DNA from: a virus
Strand: one strand, 5' to 3'
DNA: 64,000 nt
IMG/VR virus record: IMGVR_UViG_3300027759_000077
Location: 6,946-70,945 of that record
Shown: positions 17,476-27,438 of the stretch, one piece after another
Numbering within the stretch: the stretch's first letter is position 1
Layout of the letters: every line of letters begins with the position of its first letter
The notes under the pieces: generated by a model
What the model was told of the DNA's origin: nothing
Seen by the model: the letters and a program-made list of their open reading frames with translations, nothing else
Databases searched by the model: none
Program-made: the position numbers and the translations under genes

Positions 17476-18291
17476 CTATGGTATGGGTATTGGTGGCGGG
17501 GGTGGAGAGATCCAGATGAACGTCCATCCAGAAGATCCATCTGTCCAACGGTCTACAAACTCTTTCGGGCTCATCCAAATCAACTCTCCGGGCTTACCGT
17601 TGTTATCCCAGATCGCAGCGTACTTTTCATCCAAATGGGCGAGGCAAACCATATGAGCAATGGTTCCTGTGTATCGTACCTTGTCTCTTCCTGAGTAGGT
17701 GATTGCAGGGAAGCGTCCTGTGTCGAGGGCGGTCTTGAGGATCTGTAAGTCTTTACCTTCGTATTGGATATAGCCGGGAGCAGGGGAGAGTAGGTGTTCT
17801 TTGCTGTAACGGGTGACTTGCTTGTCCACCTTTTCGGGCCAGCCACCACCAGGCTCTTTAGCGCACCAGTCTCGTAGTCCACGCATGGCTTCAAGGTTTG
17901 ACCATCGTGCTGCCATCTCGATGGAACTCATCACGCACATTCCAGCCCCGTCTTTTTTGGAGCCGATGTTGGTAATGTGTTCGCTAAGTGGAAAGTCAAT
18001 TTGGATTTCGGTTTTGTTATCGGGAGCTATTTTTCCACCTAGTTTTATAGTTGTAGTAGAAAGGTTTACAGGATCGAATGGGTCGTCAACGTCACGCAAA
18101 GGAAAGATTGGAAGAATAGGGCGGGGTGGATTTTTAGGGTTGGAGGGAGGTTTCGGTTTTGCAGGGATCATCCAAGGTCGACTAGATTCGGGTGAAGCAG
18201 CTTTAGGTGTTAACGTAAAGCATAAGAAAATCAAGGATGCCAATACCAAGGCAAACTCAAGGAAAGTTTTTATGTTTGTTATGCGGTTCAT
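17476..18291 (-). CDS. Membrane-anchored papain-like (C39-like) cysteine peptidase
   Basis: N-terminal TM, Pro-rich linker, then GMCVMSS (Cys), AHMV (His), IWDNN (Asp). Confidence 0.65.
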   Translation of the reverse strand: MNRITNIKTFLEFALVLASLIFLCFTLTPKAASPESSRPWMIPAKPKPPSNPKNPPRPILPIFPLRDVDDPFDPVNLSTTTIKLGGKIAPDNKTEIQIDFPLSEHITNIGSKKDGAGMCVMSSIEMAARWSNLEAMRGLRDWCAKEPGGGWPEKVDKQVTRYSKEHLLSPAPGYIQYEGKDLQILKTALDTGRFPAITYSGRDKVRYTGTIAHMVCLAHLDEKYAAIWDNNGKPGELIWMSPKEFVDRWTDGSSGWTFIWISPPPPPIPIP

Positions 18292-18431
18292 TAGCTACCT
18301 CGGCGATTAGATAGCATGGTAATAGCTAGGAAAATGCCACCAACAACCATAGCGCCGTCTCGTACACCTCTCCAGTAAATGAGGTTGACAAGCATAGTGA
18401 TGGGGGTAAAAACGGAGTCGATCAGTTCCAT
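18291..18431 (-). CDS. Small membrane protein (46 aa, not in ORF track)
   Basis: MELIDSVFTPITMLVNLIYWRGVRDGAMVVGGIFLAITMLSNRRGS; GGAGG RBS; TAATG coupling. Confidence 0.6.
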   Translation of the reverse strand: MELIDSVFTPITMLVNLIYWRGVRDGAMVVGGIFLAITMLSNRRGS

Positions 18432-18522
18432 CGTGAACCTCCTAGACTGGAAACCTACAATAATACTTTACAGGATATATATAGTATAATTGTATTATAT
18501 ATGCGATACAAGGGTAAAAGAG

Positions 18523-19248
18523 TTAGCACTTGTATTCTGGATCGATATGCCACCCCATGGTGGTGAAATTAGCGTCTAGTTTTAGGTCAAAGCGATTGGC
18601 TAAATCTTGGTAGTTTTCAATAGAATGTGAGGTGTGCCAAACAATACCGGGGTAAGCAACTAACCTATCGGGGCCTATAATATTAAGCTTACCCATCTCA
18701 CCATCAAAAAAGTCGTCTACACAAGAGCCTATCAACACTTCGGTTGCCACGCCATTTAAAGATTGCATTCGCATCTTGTCTAAAATTATAGGGTGATACC
18801 ACTTCGCTGGATCTAATAAGACAATCTCGGTACGTAAAGGAAAAGAGGTAATACCCTCTTTACATGCCTCAGAAGCAATAGAAAAGCGCCCTAGTTTTAA
18901 AGATGCCTTACAGCTTTGTATCCACTTAAACTTGTCGATGCACATTCGTTGGGAAAGCTTTATCAAGTATTTGAAACGTCGGAAAAAAGCCCACTGAATT
19001 CCAAGGTGGAAAGCAACTAAATCGCCGCCAGCATGACCCAATCTTTGTGGGTTTGACCACAAAGTTACATCAGAGTATTTCTTTGTTAGCTCCATAAGTT
19101 CTTCGTAGCAATTTAAAGTTAAGCTTTTTGCAGAGCAGTCATCACTTATAAAAATGGGGACAGGGCCGTTGTGGGATCTGATCAGATTAATCTGAAGTTC
19201 CATTAAACGGGGGTAGTTAAAACACCCAATTACAACTCCTGTGTCCAT
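18523..19248 (-). CDS. GT-A fold glycosyltransferase-like protein
   Basis: VVIGCFNYP..., IFISDDCS, NPQRLGHAGG pattern resembling a GT2 N-terminus. Confidence 0.6.
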   Translation of the reverse strand: MDTGVVIGCFNYPRLMELQINLIRSHNGPVPIFISDDCSAKSLTLNCYEELMELTKKYSDVTLWSNPQRLGHAGGDLVAFHLGIQWAFFRRFKYLIKLSQRMCIDKFKWIQSCKASLKLGRFSIASEACKEGITSFPLRTEIVLLDPAKWYHPIILDKMRMQSLNGVATEVLIGSCVDDFFDGEMGKLNIIGPDRLVAYPGIVWHTSHSIENYQDLANRFDLKLDANFTTMGWHIDPEYKC

Positions 19249-19251
19249 GTC

Positions 19252-19614
19252 TTATCCTATAAAAGGGGAATCGCCTTGGTAGTCGGGACAAAAGACGCAT
19301 GATGTAATTTGGTCACTCACAACACCCCTTGTACATTGCCCATGTTTTTCACACTTGTGAATAAATTTTAAGGGGCAATGGCAGTTAGACCTTTGGATAA
19401 TTGGGCCAAGGCTAACGCATGGAAGACCACGGGGATTTTTTGATAGTTCGGGGGAATATTGGATTGCTCCTATCGGCCCACGTTCGGTAGGTTGCTTTCC
19501 CCAGTAAACAGACCACGTTGGACTGTAGTGGTATAGCCAGCATTGACGGCAATCAGCGGCTTGATAATATCTACCTGTAGTAACACGGTTACAAATACAT
19601 GGTCTTGCCTGCAT
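19252..19614 (-). CDS. Cys-rich hypothetical protein
   Basis: CICNR, CRQC, CHC, CEKHGQC, CVFCPDY. Confidence 0.65.
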   Translation of the reverse strand: MQARPCICNRVTTGRYYQAADCRQCWLYHYSPTWSVYWGKQPTERGPIGAIQYSPELSKNPRGLPCVSLGPIIQRSNCHCPLKFIHKCEKHGQCTRGVVSDQITSCVFCPDYQGDSPFIG

Positions 19615-20492
19615 TAAAAGTTTCCTCTTCGGATTAGAATGGATTCAATTCCCATAATTTCAGAAATTACAGGGTTTTTGGGTATCAGTGTAATATGCTT
19701 TAAGTACAAAAGTCCTTGTAAACAAACATAACAAAAATCAGATGCTGAGAAGTCAGCGAAAGCGTAAGGCTGAGGTGTCCAACCATCCACTTGATTGGCA
19801 CGGGCGTAAGGTATTACTCTTGTGTTCTTTATAAACTTAATATCCGTATTCCAATGGAAGCTTTCAAACCTAAAAAAAGTTGGAGTGTTTTTAGTTTTAA
19901 CAAATCCAGTAGAATTTCGTTTAGTAATTAGTGGCGTGTATGTGTAAGGAAAAACTTCTGCAACAGGGTGTGAGTTTGTCCATGCAAGTTTTTCAGCCGT
20001 ATATTCCGTAGTGGAGCTAAAGTTGAAAAACTTTGATTTTAAAGGCATTTCAACATTGATATCAGAAAAAGAAAAAAGAAACCTTCTTCCTGGGTCAAGA
20101 TAAGATGCATGGCCTGCATAAGGCAAAAGCAATTTGTAATTGTAGTAATAGCTTGTTGGGTCATAATTTATATTTGCAAGATTCTCAATAGGAGCAGGGA
20201 CTATAAATTTTTTGTTTTCTAAAACTAGAAAAGGATCTTTGCATTTAGCATTAGTCTTAAATGTAATTTCAAACATGGGGCTTGTTTTAGGAACAGTACA
20301 CTCCGCAGAACGTGCGCTGCTTTTAGTAGGTTCATCAGAACTTTTCAAACTTGTTTTTCTTTTCGTTACTTTAAAACCGGAGATGTAAAAGACCTTGGAC
20401 GGACAAGCTCCTACTGTGCCACCCTCGTAAGCATCAAATCCTTCGCCTGTATAGAATCCGGTCATTACAGGGTCGTAAGGTTTATCTGCCAT
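19614..20492 (-). CDS. Hypothetical virion-associated protein
   Basis: 292 aa, translationally coupled within the tail region. Confidence 0.55.
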   Translation of the reverse strand: MADKPYDPVMTGFYTGEGFDAYEGGTVGACPSKVFYISGFKVTKRKTSLKSSDEPTKSSARSAECTVPKTSPMFEITFKTNAKCKDPFLVLENKKFIVPAPIENLANINYDPTSYYYNYKLLLPYAGHASYLDPGRRFLFSFSDINVEMPLKSKFFNFSSTTEYTAEKLAWTNSHPVAEVFPYTYTPLITKRNSTGFVKTKNTPTFFRFESFHWNTDIKFIKNTRVIPYARANQVDGWTPQPYAFADFSASDFCYVCLQGLLYLKHITLIPKNPVISEIMGIESILIRRGNF

Positions 20493-20496
20493 GACG

Positions 20497-22986
20497 TTAA
20501 GCCTTTCTGTAATTGATGTTCATAGACAAAGGAGCGTCGTAATAAGAATATCCTTTTCCAGAACCAAAAGAATGTATCGACATTGGAAAATTAGGTAGGA
20601 CACTAAAAGGGGTAGATATTTTTTTATATGGAAAATAAACAGCAGACCTAGCAAGGTTGTTAAACTCCGGCAAGTTATACCAATATAAACTCCAATTAAA
20701 CCAACTAAAACTAGTTGTTGCATACGTTACGTTGGCAGTACTTCTTGCTGCGGGATATCGCATAACAACGTCTGAAGATAAAGATTCGTTAATGCTATCA
20801 GCAGATTCATACGAAAGAATCCTGTTTGTGTAATCGCCTGTGTATACGTAGTTCCAATCCACAGCAGCAACAGCTTGTGTTCCAGATATTGGTTTTTCAA
20901 TTTCAATAAAAGGAGGATGTTCGGCAAAATCTTCGGGGTCTTGCGGAAGCCAGAAAAAAGGATCAATACCATAACCTGTCGCACTTAAAGACCCTGTAGC
21001 TTGGTCTGAAGGAGTCATATAAACATAAGGTAAATTATAAGAAACCTGCGATATATATTTCTTACCGTCCCACATAAAAAAATATACTTTTGGAGCAGAG
21101 TTACAATTAGTCCCATTGTCGTAAGCAGTTTGTCCTGCCCAAGGAAGATACCCACTTCCTTTATTTGTAAGTCTAAAATTTGAAAGCTGTACGTGTTTTT
21201 TAGGTTCGACTGTATAGTTTACCAATCCATTAAAATTACCACCTCGCCTGTAAAGCTTTCGCTCCATCTTCCAATGACTTACTCCGCAACTATCTGAAAA
21301 GTCTGCGTCAGGAGGAGTTAACGTGACGGTTTTACTAACCTTAGCGTTAAGGTAATCAGTTACTGTAAAGGTGTAATCTCCAGTAACTTTTTTTAAATTT
21401 CCAATTAGACCAACGGTTTTTAAAAGGTCTGCGGGAGGTGTAGTACCCGTGGGTACTTCCAATAAAACTTTTGAGTTCCAAGGATCTATTGATGGTGAGT
21501 TAATACCCCCTTGACTATCCGATAAACCTAGCGCCCACAAATTTTGGCCGTTAAAAAGCTGATTAGAAAAATTAGTGTAGTTGTTGTAATACGTTGAATA
21601 GTAATCAGAATAATAAGTGTAAACATTATAAGCTTTATTAATGTAAGCAAATATCCAAGAACTAGTACCATAAGAAAAATTTTTGGTAGTAAGTGCCAAA
21701 GGCCAATCATACATGTACTTATAATCCGATAACCAACCTGTGTTTGGGTAAGCCCAATGATAAGGCAAAGGGGCTGTAGGCATGCTTAAAATAAAGCTAG
21801 AAGGATAGCTTTGATGAGTACGAGTTGATTTTGTTCCATCGTTTGGAAACGAAAGATTATTTATTAATTTTTTAAAAAGTGATGTTGAAGTGAGTGATAT
21901 ATCAGTAGAGTTTTTTACGGTAAAAGTATAAGGAGGAGTACCACCTAACGCATCCACCTTAAAATTAAATCCATGATGGGGTTTTATTGTTAAAGTGTCA
22001 GGGCATTGTAATCGTAAGACTCCTTCTGCGGGGGGAAGGTAATTAGCGTGTGACAAATAAATAGTAAAGTCTTTTGAAATTTCATCATCCGTGTCTGGAT
22101 CTAAAACTCGCACTGTTACGTCGTAACTAACTTGCCTGGTTGGATACAAAGGTATTGTTAAGGTTCCAGACTGACTCATAGTCACACCATCTATGAGAGG
22201 ATCCAACGACCATTCCAAATTAAAGTTTTCTCGATTGGCTATGAAGTTGTAAATAAATTCTTTGGTTTGATAACCGGCAGGGATATCTTCATCCTTCGTA
22301 AGGATCTCAAGGTCTTCTGTAGATCCCGGAACGTAGGTTATTTTAACTGGTTTATTATAGTCATCGATTCCTGTCATTTCCGTACCGTCCCCAACACCAT
22401 CGATGAAAACAGCAGGCTGTCCTAAATACTCGGCGATGTAGTAATACTCTTCGGCTTGATGTTTAAGGAGGAAAGAAGGAGTGATCTTGAATTTAGCAGC
22501 GTCTAAAAGAGAAGATGAGTATGGTGCTGATGCATCACCTTTATCATAAATAGGAAGATTTGTAGCTGGAACTTCTGGACACTCGGAAGTTAAATCAACA
22601 CAGTAAGGATCTTCTATTTCAAAAGTATCGTCTGCATCTACGGAGACTGTTTGAACAGATACACCGGTCATTAACCTTTTAGTGTTTAAGGTATAGATAG
22701 TTAAAATGAGTTCTTCCGCAGCGGTGTTTGTTTCGCTACCAAGTCCTGTAAGTAAGTTAGCTTCTAAATTGAATTTGGCCATGCCTGCAATATGAGCCGT
22801 AGGTGTAAAGGTAGCGGTGTAATCAAAAGTGCCAGCAGAAGCAAGGTCTGATAGGGTTCCGTTAGTTACGTCAACAAGGTCTAGAGTGAAATCGGTAACA
22901 AGACTTCCCATCGCAAAATAAATGATGGCGGTTTCTGATTTATTAACAATACTTTTATTTGAAGTAATCGATACAGTAAACGGCAT
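20497..22986 (-). CDS. Virion surface protein with Ig-like domains
   Basis: N-terminal FTVSITS..VTDFTLDLVDVTNGTLS..YTATFTPT (bacterial Ig-like); GGTPPYTF and GDYTFTVTD (He_PIG-like). Confidence 0.65.
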   Translation of the reverse strand: MPFTVSITSNKSIVNKSETAIIYFAMGSLVTDFTLDLVDVTNGTLSDLASAGTFDYTATFTPTAHIAGMAKFNLEANLLTGLGSETNTAAEELILTIYTLNTKRLMTGVSVQTVSVDADDTFEIEDPYCVDLTSECPEVPATNLPIYDKGDASAPYSSSLLDAAKFKITPSFLLKHQAEEYYYIAEYLGQPAVFIDGVGDGTEMTGIDDYNKPVKITYVPGSTEDLEILTKDEDIPAGYQTKEFIYNFIANRENFNLEWSLDPLIDGVTMSQSGTLTIPLYPTRQVSYDVTVRVLDPDTDDEISKDFTIYLSHANYLPPAEGVLRLQCPDTLTIKPHHGFNFKVDALGGTPPYTFTVKNSTDISLTSTSLFKKLINNLSFPNDGTKSTRTHQSYPSSFILSMPTAPLPYHWAYPNTGWLSDYKYMYDWPLALTTKNFSYGTSSWIFAYINKAYNVYTYYSDYYSTYYNNYTNFSNQLFNGQNLWALGLSDSQGGINSPSIDPWNSKVLLEVPTGTTPPADLLKTVGLIGNLKKVTGDYTFTVTDYLNAKVSKTVTLTPPDADFSDSCGVSHWKMERKLYRRGGNFNGLVNYTVEPKKHVQLSNFRLTNKGSGYLPWAGQTAYDNGTNCNSAPKVYFFMWDGKKYISQVSYNLPYVYMTPSDQATGSLSATGYGIDPFFWLPQDPEDFAEHPPFIEIEKPISGTQAVAAVDWNYVYTGDYTNRILSYESADSINESLSSDVVMRYPAARSTANVTYATTSFSWFNWSLYWYNLPEFNNLARSAVYFPYKKISTPFSVLPNFPMSIHSFGSGKGYSYYDAPLSMNINYRKA

Positions 22987-22994
22987 ACGAACTC

Positions 22995-25900
22995 CTAAAC
23001 GGAACCTGTGTGTTCAAAACCAAAACGGATAACATAATCTATCGGGGGTATAGCGGGTGGATTAAACCAGTTATGTATAAATTCTTTTGAATGCCCTAAG
23101 GGGCAAGCGTTTACATTTGACTCACAATTGTATTCGCTCTCATATATTTTAGTGCCATCATAATGATGAGTGTAATTGCATCCGGGATTCCATACGTCCC
23201 AAGGACTACAGCTTGAACGTAAAGTCGAAACGGAATTGCCTGTATTAGTACAATAACCGGTCGAACCAGGGTAAGCATTAGCTGAGCTAGTATAACAACC
23301 CGGAGCCCCCGGATAACTCATAGAATTTATAATGGGCTGGTTATATGAGTTTGTGTCCGGATAAGGGATTGGGTTTGGATGAAGGTTTGGATAGGGTAAC
23401 GGAGCCATATCAACATTGTATTTTACTTGCGAAATATAAGAAGTGTAAGAACTAAAAGATCCTTGATCTAAATGAAGAACAGCGTCACCTTTAAAGTTTG
23501 GATCGCCAATTTTAGGATTTTCACCATAACCTTTTTTAATACCAATTGGAGAACCAAAATAATTAAAAGAATTAAGCATTGAAATATTGTAATAAGACAA
23601 ATTAGTCGTGTCTCGGGTTCTATAATCATTAGACATATTATAATTACTATTATAATTAAAACCACCATAAGACTGACTTGTTGTATGAAAACCGTAGGGA
23701 GGTTCGAGAGTTGTTGATTGTAAACTTAAGCCTGATAAAGAATCACATAAAAACTTTTGCTCTAAAATTGGATCGTCTTTAGGAAAGTAAGTTCCCGTAG
23801 CCTTTATATTAACATACCCCGGTGTAAGTGATACATTGTTAGGCTCCATTTTAACTTTAATGCTTAAGATGGTACAAAGTGAATTTGTAAAAGAACCTGT
23901 AGCGACGGCAGTAGTAGATCGCCAACCATATTGATAATCATTTACTGAAGTGTAACTAGAATTAGAACCACTAGGATATATAAACTGCACAAAAGTATTT
24001 ACGGTTACAGGTGATGTCGTATGTGGTAATCCGTCATACCAAAAATAATCACAGGCAGTGGAGTATACAGGGTAGGAGTCATAGACTCGATAACCTATGC
24101 CTTTATAACCGTAAAGAACACTTCCGGGCCAATAGTAAATTAAATAGGGGGCTGCTGCTGATATTTTTGCAGAATACGAATCTGAAGCTTGCCTATAAAC
24201 GGCAGCAATATGCTCTGCGATTTCTTTGGGGTTTTTTAAAGAGTACGACAATCCAATTTTTACAAACCCCGGTTTTCCACTTTCGGAACCAGTAGTCATT
24301 GGTGGTCCGTTTGTTCTAACCCCATTGACTACATTAGAGCATTCAAACATTTGATGATTTTCAATACTTAACGTGTCGTGAAAACCTCTAGTTCCAAAAT
24401 ATGAAACGGGATATTTTTGCCCCAATTGAGAAGTATTGTACGGTGTGTTCCAATAGCCTTGGTAAATCCAACAAAGGTTTGATGGCTCTCTATCGTTAAA
24501 AGTATCTAAAACCAAAGTCCCAGCTTCTAAATAAACCGAGTTATCTAATAAGTAAAAACTGCTTTTTTGTTCTGGGATTGATAAGTTTTTAATCCAGCTA
24601 AGAGCGTCTTTATTGTTTTGAAAATTCGAAGCATCCCCACCTATTCCAAGAGTGCTCCAAAGATAAGGCTCAGTCATAAAAGTTTGAACTGGACCTCTGT
24701 CTTTGTCAAATAATATTCCAACGGTAGATTTTCCAACAGCAGGGTACATGTTGTTGTAATAGTCTTTTAGACCTTTAAAATCGATCTCAGACAAAATGCT
24801 ATTTAAATAAAGAGAAGAGTATGGGTTATACCATCCTTGGTAATAATACCAACCTAAAACACTTGGAGCATATGCAATTGAGTTACTTAGCTTAGCTAAA
24901 TGGTATAAAGCTTGATTAGCTTCTGATTGCTGTACAACTGAAGTATAAAATTCAGAGGGGGATGATTCCGGTATTAATTTAAACTCGTCTAATTTAACCG
25001 CCTGTTTTAAATTTAAAAACGAAGAAGGCATATATGAATAGCCATATGTCGCATAAAGCGTCATAGCGTATATGTTTTTGTAAGCACTTATTGGAAACTT
25101 ATAAGCTACTAATTTAGAAAAATCAGACGCAAGATAAAAATATTGTGGGTAACTACTATCTGAAACTTCATCTAAATTAAATTCCGAAACCGTTGTAACA
25201 CCTACAGTAGGATATCCGGGTATTGCGGGAGGAGGAGGAGAAGTCGATGTAGGTACGGGGTAAATGCGAACCATTGCGTCTGTTAAAGTAGACGGGTATT
25301 TAAACCCTCCATTTGGTATTAGTCCTTCCAAAGCAAATTGAGAAAAAAGAACTTTACTTTTTATTTTTCTTGTTGAAAGTATTGGGAGCCAATAATTTTG
25401 GCAGTAATAAGTGTAGTTGCCAGAATACAAATTTGAGTAGTAAGACAGCGCTCTATTATATAGCGGAAAGGGAAGTGTTATCTTTTCATCCGTTCCAATT
25501 ACTTTGTAAGATACTACAGCATCTGATGGTTTGTAATATGTTTCATAGCTTCCAGAGGTATCAACAGGATGCCAATATAATTGGCTTTTAAAATCACTTC
25601 GATGAGCTTTGTAATAAGGAGGATCTAAATCTTCAACAACGACTTTTGTTTGCGGGAAATAATAAGGCGGGTTAAAATATTGTCTTTTGTAAAGTTTAGC
25701 TTTCAACGTTCCGTTTAAACGAACCCTTACGGTTGCATTTCCCCAAGGGTAATAATAACTTGGAAACCCACATTGTTGAGGGTTAGCAGGATTTGCAGTA
25801 ATACAAACATTAGAAGTTCCATCTAATCCTGCACCCTGTTCAAGGTTTTGCTCTTCTGTAATAATGCTGTAATATTCAGACCCGTCGCCATTTACAGAAA

Positions 25901-27437
25901 AAACATGTTTTCCAATATGATCGTAAACTGCAAGCGGCACATCGGGAAGAGGCCCATACGCATCACCAGTTTGACCTGACATAAAAGGGGTTAAAACAAA
26001 CTGTTTAAAATTGGGTTGAGGTGGTATTGTAAACGGATACGTACACGGACTAGCACCAGCGAATGCGGGGTACTCGACAGAGAGCGACTGGAATCTAGAC
26101 TGCCACCAAAATTCTTCGAAGACGCTTCCCGTTGTTATAGAGCCTGTTAAAGGATGCCCCGTAGGTACAGTTTTTAAACTTCCGTAAGAACCTTCAGACT
26201 CTTCTTTTTCAATTAAGATAGGTCGTCCAGCTACGCATGTGTTTCCATAAAGCGTACTGTTGAGGTAGTTAACAAAATTTGAACTAAAGGACCAAAAGAA
26301 AGCTTTGCTGGGTAGTGAAGCAAATAAGGGATCAAATTCGTACAAGAAATTTCCGGTAGTTCTTACATACTGTTTACCAGCAATAACCTCAATATATTCA
26401 CTGTTGTAATAAGCGGGACCCGATATAGAACCCGAAGCCGCTATTGTTAAAGGAGATGTGAAACTATATAAGAAAGGGATTTCATTAGCTAGACTAGTAT
26501 ATGAAGTCGTTTCATTAACGGTATTGTTAACGCTTTTAAATGTTTGACGACTTGATGCAGAATCAAAATAGTAAGTAGAAAAACCGCTGTTAGAAGCGTT
26601 GTTCCAGTAGTAACCTTCGTTTACCTGAGTAATATAAGCAAGACCAAAAGAGTCTGAATACCCCCCTCCAAAAAAGCCTACACTCACTACGCAGTATGGA
26701 TTCTCGCACAAATCGCCAGGAGGAAATATTCCAGCTTTACTGTTTAAATAACAAATAACATAAGTGTAAGTAGAAGATGTACTATCAAAATATGCGTAAC
26801 TAAGTTCTGAATAAAATTTTCTTTGAGTTTGATATAAACCACCAAAAGGTGATACGATAACAATTACTTCATCGCTGCCTAAAGTTCCACGTCCTGCCCA
26901 ACACTTTCTTTGGATTTCTTTTTTTACCCCGTAATGTTTATTTTGACTAGTTGAGTAAAAGTATAAAGACGGAATATCAGAGTACTCTTCAAATACATTT
27001 GCAGTTTTGTTTAAAACAATTTTTACATATTCGGGGGATGGGACATCGTTGTATTTAAAACTAGGGTTAAAATCAAAAAGAGTAGACCCCGTTTTAAACC
27101 AACCGGTATTTGAATTTAAAGAAGGGGTAGGGGTTCCATTGGTAGGGTTATAAAAGTATCCATAATACGAATACCACATATATCCGTAATACCAATAATT
27201 GTAATTCCCAACTTTATTTATCGCTTTGGGCTTAAAAAACATGGCCAGTTCTTCGGGGCCTGTATCCCAATTACCGGGGAATTGGTATTCCTCGTCTACT
27301 ACTTTATCTTCGCAAAGACAGTCTTGAGCATCTTGGGAAAGAGAAGATAACCTTCGAACCTTAGAGGGCAATTTGATCGTGGTGTATTCAAGATTGAAAC
27401 TTGTAATAGCGTTTACGGTGTTTGAAGGTTCGGTCAT
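22995..27437 (-). CDS. Large Tyr/Ser/Pro-rich tail/receptor-region protein
   Basis: Uninterrupted 1480-aa ORF in the tail module; no recognisable domain. Confidence 0.6.
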   Translation of the reverse strand: MTEPSNTVNAITSFNLEYTTIKLPSKVRRLSSLSQDAQDCLCEDKVVDEEYQFPGNWDTGPEELAMFFKPKAINKVGNYNYWYYGYMWYSYYGYFYNPTNGTPTPSLNSNTGWFKTGSTLFDFNPSFKYNDVPSPEYVKIVLNKTANVFEEYSDIPSLYFYSTSQNKHYGVKKEIQRKCWAGRGTLGSDEVIVIVSPFGGLYQTQRKFYSELSYAYFDSTSSTYTYVICYLNSKAGIFPPGDLCENPYCVVSVGFFGGGYSDSFGLAYITQVNEGYYWNNASNSGFSTYYFDSASSRQTFKSVNNTVNETTSYTSLANEIPFLYSFTSPLTIAASGSISGPAYYNSEYIEVIAGKQYVRTTGNFLYEFDPLFASLPSKAFFWSFSSNFVNYLNSTLYGNTCVAGRPILIEKEESEGSYGSLKTVPTGHPLTGSITTGSVFEEFWWQSRFQSLSVEYPAFAGASPCTYPFTIPPQPNFKQFVLTPFMSGQTGDAYGPLPDVPLAVYDHIGKHVFSVNGDGSEYYSIITEEQNLEQGAGLDGTSNVCITANPANPQQCGFPSYYYPWGNATVRVRLNGTLKAKLYKRQYFNPPYYFPQTKVVVEDLDPPYYKAHRSDFKSQLYWHPVDTSGSYETYYKPSDAVVSYKVIGTDEKITLPFPLYNRALSYYSNLYSGNYTYYCQNYWLPILSTRKIKSKVLFSQFALEGLIPNGGFKYPSTLTDAMVRIYPVPTSTSPPPPAIPGYPTVGVTTVSEFNLDEVSDSSYPQYFYLASDFSKLVAYKFPISAYKNIYAMTLYATYGYSYMPSSFLNLKQAVKLDEFKLIPESSPSEFYTSVVQQSEANQALYHLAKLSNSIAYAPSVLGWYYYQGWYNPYSSLYLNSILSEIDFKGLKDYYNNMYPAVGKSTVGILFDKDRGPVQTFMTEPYLWSTLGIGGDASNFQNNKDALSWIKNLSIPEQKSSFYLLDNSVYLEAGTLVLDTFNDREPSNLCWIYQGYWNTPYNTSQLGQKYPVSYFGTRGFHDTLSIENHQMFECSNVVNGVRTNGPPMTTGSESGKPGFVKIGLSYSLKNPKEIAEHIAAVYRQASDSYSAKISAAAPYLIYYWPGSVLYGYKGIGYRVYDSYPVYSTACDYFWYDGLPHTTSPVTVNTFVQFIYPSGSNSSYTSVNDYQYGWRSTTAVATGSFTNSLCTILSIKVKMEPNNVSLTPGYVNIKATGTYFPKDDPILEQKFLCDSLSGLSLQSTTLEPPYGFHTTSQSYGGFNYNSNYNMSNDYRTRDTTNLSYYNISMLNSFNYFGSPIGIKKGYGENPKIGDPNFKGDAVLHLDQGSFSSYTSYISQVKYNVDMAPLPYPNLHPNPIPYPDTNSYNQPIINSMSYPGAPGCYTSSANAYPGSTGYCTNTGNSVSTLRSSCSPWDVWNPGCNYTHHYDGTKIYESEYNCESNVNACPLGHSKEFIHNWFNPPAIPPIDYVIRFGFEHTGSV

Positions 27438-27438
27438 G

